From Candidatus Multivoradales bacterium (lineage in GTDB: Bacteria; Acidobacteriota; Thermoanaerobaculia; Multivoradales; J023), in the NCBI GenBank assembly GCA_965248925.1, contig CBDFLE010000006.1, positions 288,001-352,000 of the forward strand: DNA of 64,000 bases. The letters run 5' to 3'. Positions within the stretch are counted from its first letter, which is position 1. Each line of letters opens with the position of its first letter. The translations under genes were made by a program, and so were the position numbers. The notes beneath the pieces are model-generated. The model saw only the letters and a list, made by a program, of their open reading frames with translations, did no database searches and was not told the origin of the DNA. Positions 62,801 through 64,000 of the stretch are shown in pieces.

Positions 62801-64000
62801 CCGCCACTCTCCGGCAACAGACAGTGGGCGATCAGCTGGCGCAAGGCAGCAGCAAAGCCCACGGCCAAACTTTGCATCGATGCCGGGTCAAAGCAGGGAC
62901 CGTAGTAGAAACTCATCTGCAGTCGCTCATCGATCACCATGCCGCTGATGTCGATCAAGTGCAACCGGCGACGCCGCGGATGCTGTTCTGGGCCGCGAGA
63001 TTCCGCCGCTGGCCGCCACTCGCCGGCAGCGGTCTGAAAGCGCCCCAGGTAGTTGAACGACACCGCCGGTTGGGGCAGCTCCGCCAAAGCCGGCCCAGCC
63101 TGGGCGTCGAAGAAACGCAATGCGCCGTAGCCGAGACCCTTGTTGGGCACCGACCGCAACTGCTCCTTGACCTTTTTGAGAGCCCGCCCGAGGTGGGTGG
63201 CACCCGCGTCAGCGGCACCCGCGTCAGCGTCCGCGTCAGCGTCCAGACGGAACGGAAAGACTGCCGTGAACCAACCACAAGTTGCCGCCAGATCCGGGCG
63301 CTCCCCCGCCACCGCAAGCTCTTCCCGCCCATGCCCCTCCAGGCTGACCAGGAGATCGCCGCCCCGCCGCCCCGCCGCCCGCGCCCAACTGCCGAAGGCG
63401 CGAGCCAGGGCGCAGAGCAGCAGGTCGTTGATCTCAGTACGGTAGACCCTTGGCACTTCCGCCAGCAGCAGCCGCGTCTCCTCCGGCTCCAAAGACATGG
63501 TCACTCGCTGCGCCTGCGCCACCGTGCCAGCATCCGCCTTTACTCCGGCTGGCAAGAGCTCGAGCAGCCCCTCCGGCGACAACATCCGCTGCCAACTTTC
63601 GAGTTCTTGGCCCACCGACGCTTGCTCGGCGAAGCGTCGCAGGTGCAGCGCCCAGCCCTGATACGAAGTGGTCTTGAGCGGCCAGGCCGGCCGCCGGCCG
63701 GCGGCCAACGCCGCGTAAGCGGCTGGCAAGTCCTCGAGCAGGATCCGCCACGACACTCCGTCGACCGCCAAATGGTGAATCACCAACAACAGGCGAGCCG
63801 GTTGACCAGCAGCCCAACGGCAGAGAGCAGCACGCAGCAGAGGTGGCCGCGAGAGGTCAAAATCAGCCTGTACCTGCGCCGCCAGTCGGGCCAACTGCTG
63901 CTGCCGATCCCGCTCAGACAACCCCTGCAGGTCATAGACGGCGAGAACCTCAGAGGCGGGATCCACCTCGCCGTAGAACTGGTACCACCCGCCATCACGG
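50809..64000 (-). CDS. Terminal NRPS, 5' end outside the window: E-C-A-T-C-A-T-E-C-A-T-TE
   Basis: E: HHLAVDGVSW (x2); C: HHLLLDGWS (x2) and HHIVSDGWS; A: YTSGS.G.PKG (x3); T: GGHSL, GGDSI, GGHSL; TE: GWSMGG. Confidence 0.97.
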   Translation of the reverse strand, partial: RDGGWYQFYGEVDPASEVLAVYDLQGLSERDRQQQLARLAAQVQADFDLSRPPLLRAALCRWAAGQPARLLLVIHHLAVDGVSWRILLEDLPAAYAALAAGRRPAWPLKTTSYQGWALHLRRFAEQASVGQELESWQRMLSPEGLLELLPAGVKADAGTVAQAQRVTMSLEPEETRLLLAEVPRVYRTEINDLLLCALARAFGSWARAAGRRGGDLLVSLEGHGREELAVAGERPDLAATCGWFTAVFPFRLDADADADAGAADAGATHLGRALKKVKEQLRSVPNKGLGYGALRFFDAQAGPALAELPQPAVSFNYLGRFQTAAGEWRPAAESRGPEQHPRRRRLHLIDISGMVIDERLQMSFYYGPCFDPASMQSLAVGFAAALRQLIAHCLLPESGGFTPADFPLAEVSQAGLEEIEQQIPGLEDLFSLSPLQQGLLFHSLLASSSPAYLVQMSVELLGEVEPAMLQQAWRQVFARHATLRGAIIAGGQQEPLQAVSGEVPLPWTLLDGTEHQAPRDEQELAAWLAADRARGIDLERAPLLRLTLIRLAQRRYVLVFTNHHLLLDGWSKPLIFQEILTLYQALLEGRNAELAPVRPYRDYIGWIQNRDHRADQRFWRDYLLGFDSPTPLPAAHAERGAGEVGAGVIMETLTLSLPAAEGEELERFVRRQRLTFNLVCQGLWGLLLARYSSTDDVVFGTTVSGRPAEISGVETMVGLFINTVPVRLRIDPRRDLGWHLHQLRDHQLAREGRQYWPLHEIQAQSSLPGGVPLFDTLMVFENYPVDASLTAEGSSLPFTFGATTGSDPTHYPLLLSASMGATLQFRLTWNQRRCEGSMVARLGEHLLRLLSGLLRAPASLPDELSMLSAAERRQVLEDFNPPPSPWRFSLPVHGLFRQQVEHRPDAVAVVCGGAVLSYGELDRRSDLLARHLEGLGVAPGDRVAVLLERSTELIIALLGIVKAAAAYVPLDPKSPVERLRFMLQDAGCEVLLTSGGLAAAVLDEAEALLPVFLDRAWPEIERERAQRAQRTQRGSGDGCLPSSANAYVIYTSGSTGRPKGVVVSHHGLARLVAWHQRAFAVAAGARATLIAGPAFDASTWEIWSNLCAGVALVVVSDDLLRPDSLPGLFARHQVTSVFLPTPLVEPLARAAGFSRLQSLRYLLIGGDRLLRRPDEALPFRWINAYGPTESTVVATAGTVSATGTGPPSIGRPIDGTRVYLLDRNLRLLPPRVAGELCLAGESLTQGYHCRPGLTARQFVPNPFALEPGERLYRTGDLATWSITGDLAFRGRIDQQVKIRGFRIELAEIEAALLDDQRISDACVVIETLASGPRLLAALLAAAERPAVSELSDFLGRRLPDYMVPRVMVFVDQLPLTTNGKVDRRAVLAQLSQQVARDAAPLVLSRTTEEELLCGIWAEVLGLEGQEIGVETDFFALGGHSLTATRMTAAVRKTFAVELPLRQVFACPTVRQLAALLLTLRHQGGALAAPRPADRSRPLPLSFAQQRLWILDRLEGGSATYNVPGVLRLRGELRVAALAATFGEIVRRHESLRTHFLETDGAAQQIIDPPGPFSLPLHDLSHLASDHAQAEAERLSRRDAFSLFDLECGPLFRAALLHLAEGDHLLLVNMHHIVSDGWSMSLLIGELRVLYTALLSSPAEQALIESPLAGLPLQYADFAIWQHQWLRGEALQTQLDYWSEQLAGAPQALDLPTIGPRPAVRTHGGARHDFQLDPELTAALQRLARDTRSTPFLLLSAVFAEVLGRYAGVREVNLGTPVANRGFVELESLIGFFVNTLVLRHRRVGDDTVGQRIARTRETALGAFAHQDLPFEKLVEALNPPRDTSRSALFQAMFVMQNAPQTEVELPGLTVTPWGRAHAVAKFDLTLNMGETASGMIGGLVYNTDLFAPTMIERLVGHYLQLLRGFADQPAARVADLSLLAAAERAQLLHAGEGGSRRGSAPALLQSLFAESVEQRGEAVAVVYEGEHLSYAELARRAYQLAHRLRQLGVTRERPVALLMPRGLEMIVATLGILEAGCAYLPLDADFPAARLRFMLEDSGADLVVTLSALRELLPGAGQRLICLDRQRHLAAQPSSAPPLLSLPDHPAYVIYTSGSTGRPKGVTISQRAIHNYLRAIGERMELGAGACFALVSTMAVDLGITMTLSALISGGRLHVIAEQRLAEPEAFAAYLELHPVDCLKLVPSHLRALLSVERAERILPRRLLILGGEASSSPWVRELRALRPDLRLLNHYGPTEATVGMLTFAVAANPPVGSQDESAWGDHLPLGRPLAGCRARVLSRGLELCPVGVPGELLIGGLGVARGYHGRPGLSAERFIPDPFVTAAESGARLYRSGDLVRWREDGDLDFLGRIDFQVKLRGYRIELGEIEVALERHPTIDRALVLLHQQGRSRQLVAFLTPVTARRPIAELRAFLADDLAEFMLPSRAIFLDSLPLTASGKVDRRALLEQAAVDSMTELAVAGVAGHAAPCTPAEVTLCQIWGRMLGRDDSRPVGIHDNFFEIGGDSIIAIQVVSRARQAGFVVTAQQLFQHQTVALLASHARPVTTDDGRRKIDQGPARGAVELTPIQQRFFTQPGPYSHYNQSVLLVVPATLDTACLAGALRGLVSNHDALRLRFEHRDGGWYQFYGEVDPASEVLAVYDLQGLSERDRQQQLARLAAQVQADFDLSRPPLLRAALCRWAAGQPARLLLVIHHLAVDGVSWRILLEDLPAAYAALAAGRRPAWPLKTTSYQGWALHLRRFAEQASVGQELESWQRMLSPEGLLELLPAGVKADAGTVAQAQRVTMSLEPEETRLLLAEVPRVYRTEINDLLLCALARAFGSWARAAGRRGGDLLVSLEGHGREELAVAGERPDLAATCGWFTAVFPFRLDADADADAGAADAGATHLGRALKKVKEQLRAVPNKGLGYGALRFLHALAGPALAELPQPAVSFNYLGRFQTAAGEWRPAAESRGPEQHPRRRRLHLIDISGMVIDERLQMSFYYGPCFDPASMQSLAVGFAAALRQLIAHCLLPESGGFTPADFPLAEVSQAGLEEIEQQIPGLEDLFPLSPLQQGLFFHSLLASSSPAYLVQMSVELLGEVEPAMLQQAWRQVFARHATLRGAIIAGGQQEPLQAVSGEVPLPWTLLDGTEHQAPRDEQELAAWLAADRARGIDLERAPLLRLTLIRLAQRRYVLVFTNHHLLLDGWSKPLIFQEILTLYQALLEGRNAELAPVRPYRDYIGWIQNRDHRADQRFWRDYLLGFDSPTPLPAAHAERGAGEVGAGVIMETLTLSLPAAEGEELERFVRRQRLTFNLVCQGLWGLLLARYSSTDDVVFGTTVSGRPAEISGVETMVGLFINTVPVRLRIDPRRDLGWHLHQLRDHQLAREGRQYWPLHEIQAQSSLPGGVPLFDTLMVFENYPVDASLTAEGSSLPFTFGATTGSDPTHYPLLLSASMGATLQFRLTWNQRRCEGSMVARLGEHLLRLLSGLLRAPASLPDELPMLSDGERAEVLEVCNQTVREFPAGEGVQRLFEEQAAATPDRVALRWRKSTLSYGELDGRANGLAGKLIRLGVGVETLIGVAVERSPQMVIAVLAVLKAGAAYLPLDPQYPADRLAFMLEDAGLEVILASAQAAAELPLEQRAGSGPVVVSLDQPGEGTHRRPRWVCSADQAAYVLYTSGSSGRPKGVVMQQAPLINLLHWHARHPSLSRPWRTAQFASLNFDVAFQEIFVTLSCGGELLLLEQSTRQDLQALARWIGEQRVERLFLPFSVLDPLLGTLLRQGQGGDLRQIVTAGEALQISPDVAAFFSTHRSCTLHNHYGPTEAHVVTAHDLPAAADSSSWLAGDQLPPPIGEPIANLRIYILDRQLLPMPLGVPGELVIAGRGPARGYLRRSGQTAAKFVPDPFVEGGGARMYRSGDLARWLPPEPGSAVSSRVGQLAYLRRLDSQVKIRGFRVEVGEIESVLSARPEVHQALVEVEEVAGDSRLVAYLRVQATALDQLETELRAYLAERLPAHMVPPKFWLVEEFPLTANGKVDRLRLARQVQSLRPTEPAAEAPRGSLEQTLANIFERLLGIGGLSRDGDFFDLGGHSLLAIRWVAEVQRRLGRSLSIQALFKHRTVAALARSFRLSGEHKPTPLVSLKTGRGRPIFLVHEAQGLALAYDKLVAHLTVERPVYALQSAGLTGECEPLLEVREMAATYLEAILAIQPRGPYALAGWSMGGLIALEMAELLRQRRRKVSQLVLIDTYRPNLMRRSADPQGSMLEHLAEQLGLPLGELQLDGSGDPLDQLWRLAKDRDPNRLESDRASLLGPYRVALANLRAARSYRPPRYRGRVELLRARLRVGNGRPPAQLGWKGVIGGPLVVTTLDGDHRSIVLGEHAAQLAEILDRLFTP
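53500..56089. repeat. Direct repeat of the E-C didomain DNA, copy 1
   Basis: Nearly identical to 61411-64000 (offset 7911). Confidence 0.93.
61411..64000. repeat. Direct repeat of the E-C didomain DNA, copy 2 (runs to the window edge)
   Basis: Nearly identical to 53500-56089. Confidence 0.93.

Overview
High-GC bacterial window; the gene content suggests an Acidobacteriota-like host, which is an inference. The left 27 kb is an almost entirely minus-strand defence locus. In transcription order it reads: remnant adaptation module with CRISPR array 2 (21 spacers); intact cas6-RT-cas1 and cas2 with array 1 (7 spacers); ECF sigma, zinc-finger anti-sigma and TPR-CHAT lipoprotein; a small disordered ORF; CHAT-SAVED protease; CD-NTase; stand-alone E2; HD-less GGDD Cas10; Csx10; Cas11; three Cas7/RAMPs; an unknown gene; and a second, near-identical cas6-RT-cas1 running off the window edge. 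The main finding is a CBASS core (cyclase plus E2) sitting directly ahead of a type III-D-like effector operon, so two cyclic-nucleotide synthases flank one visible sensor-effector, a SAVED-fused caspase-like protease. The middle holds three copies of a 2529-bp IS, each flanked by GANTC, one IS5/IS1182-like element and disrupted genes. The right part holds a serine hydrolase, a vapBC pair, TrmB, DinB, MerC-like, S9 peptidase and DUF5916-like genes, and the 3' end of a large NRPS with a 2.6-kb internal duplication. All calls come from reading motifs by eye; no database search was run.
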